Shown: positions 62,720 to 64,000 of the stretch, piece by piece | Layout of the letters: every line of letters begins with the position of its first letter | Numbering within the stretch: position 1 is the first letter of the stretch | DNA from: Tubiluchus corallicola | Taxonomy: Eukaryota > Animalia > Priapulida | Length of the DNA stretch: 64,000 nt | Reading direction: 5' to 3' | NCBI GenBank assembly: GCA_030141605.1 | Contig: JAQGDQ010000541.1 | Span: 62,001-126,000 of the forward strand | Position numbers and translations under genes: made by a program | Notes under the pieces: generated by a model | What the model saw: only the letters and a program-made list of their open reading frames with translations | Databases searched by the model: none | What the model was told of the DNA's origin: nothing

Positions 62720-63549
62720 TAGCCAAACCGCACTTTTTGTACTAAACCAAATATCGACAAATGAGATCAAGTTAATTGTTAAAGCAAAACTGGACAAATG
62801 TGTAGACATTAGCTGACTTTAGTTCAAAATAAAGTATGCTCTAAAATATTGAAAACTACAGCAGCTTGTTTTAAATCAAAGCTTAGATTAAAGAATAATT
62901 ACCTCGGCTAGTTAAATTTTGTTAAACTTTCAAAGCTATGCGCAGCTCACTATGCGAATCCACTAAGATTGGCTATTGCGCCTTTTTGTCACTCTCACGT
63001 GGCCGACAAATACGCGCGGTACCGTGATAAGCATGGCCATGAACTGCGGTGTTCTTCAGTAAAGTGACTGTGACGTAGAGCCAATTTTCGTGACATCACA
63101 TCAACTGTTATAGCAATTTTCGCTTACACAAACGTGCTTGACGCGCAGGGAAGATGCCTACCATTGCACAAACTGTGGTTTGTTTGTGACGTAAGCAATA
63201 GCTGTGTTCGGTTGCCGTTAATTAACTTTCGAAGCTAGTTATTCAAATATTAGAAACAATTGCTAGTTTTTATAGGCCAGAAAATGAGTATTTAGAGGCA
63301 GTAAACTAAAATAAGATTGAGTTTTATCAATCGTCTGGTTTTTCTTTAATCTTTAATTTCGAGATTTTTAGTAAATAATGGAAAAAACCGACAATTACTG
63401 AATTTTTGAAGCAAAACTAGCGGAATGAAGGGAATACGAAAAAATCAGGATAGAGCACGGTTGGAACTGTGGGGCTTTAGATTACAAGTGGAGATTAACG
63501 TTGTAGGCCCACGGCAAATAGACCACACATCCCCTTATGAGCATGACAT

Positions 63550-63558
63550 GTTATTATT

Positions 63559-63614
<56 letters not shown>

Positions 63615-63630
63615 AATTATTATTATTAAT
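63550..63630. repeat. (TCA)n/(TTA)n microsatellite
   Basis: Directly visible. Confidence 0.9.
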
Positions 63631-64000
63631 TCTTTATTTAACGTGGATATCGCTTTAACCAACTATTACAAAACTATTAGTTATTTCACAAAGTGGTCCA
63701 CAAAATCAAAAAAAGTGAGTAAACATTGCAGAAATGTTGACAACTGCAAGCATTAAAAATACCTAGACATAAAATACGATTTAGAGATTGCACAACTACA
63801 CAGTTTAAAGACAATTTAAATACCACAATTTATACAGTATGGATAAAATAAAATATACACTTTAAACACAATAGAAACAAAGATAAACACAATCAGTAAA
63901 AATATACTGTAAGAGATAAAAAGATAAACATGTTTATACTAGCTTACAGGTTACAGTGTTTCTAACAGGTATTTTTTAAATCGTGACTCAAAAGCATTGA

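Overview
AT-rich, intron-rich, microsatellite-rich animal (invertebrate-like) genomic DNA with one 125-N gap; nothing prokaryotic is evident. Host genes: (1) a 7-exon + strand gene (2595-16395) encoding an ~1850-aa protein in which four ankyrin repeats sit between two giant acidic, low-complexity exons; (2) the 5' part of an ADAMTS2/3/14-like metalloprotease gene (+, from 53013, running off the window); (3) an intronless galactose-3-O-sulfotransferase ORF nested antisense in an ADAMTS intron. Mobile elements: a young, intact Gmr1-like Ty3/Gypsy LTR retrotransposon (PR-INT-RT-RH order, SCAN-like gag); a 2.3-kb non-coding LTR element in (TA)n flanked by a 90-bp duplication; a 358-bp internally deleted RTE retroposon whose 5' end is a twister ribozyme starting at its cleavage site; several LINE fragments; and Kolobok/T2-, Tc1- and hAT-type non-autonomous elements. 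All calls were made by eye, without database searches.
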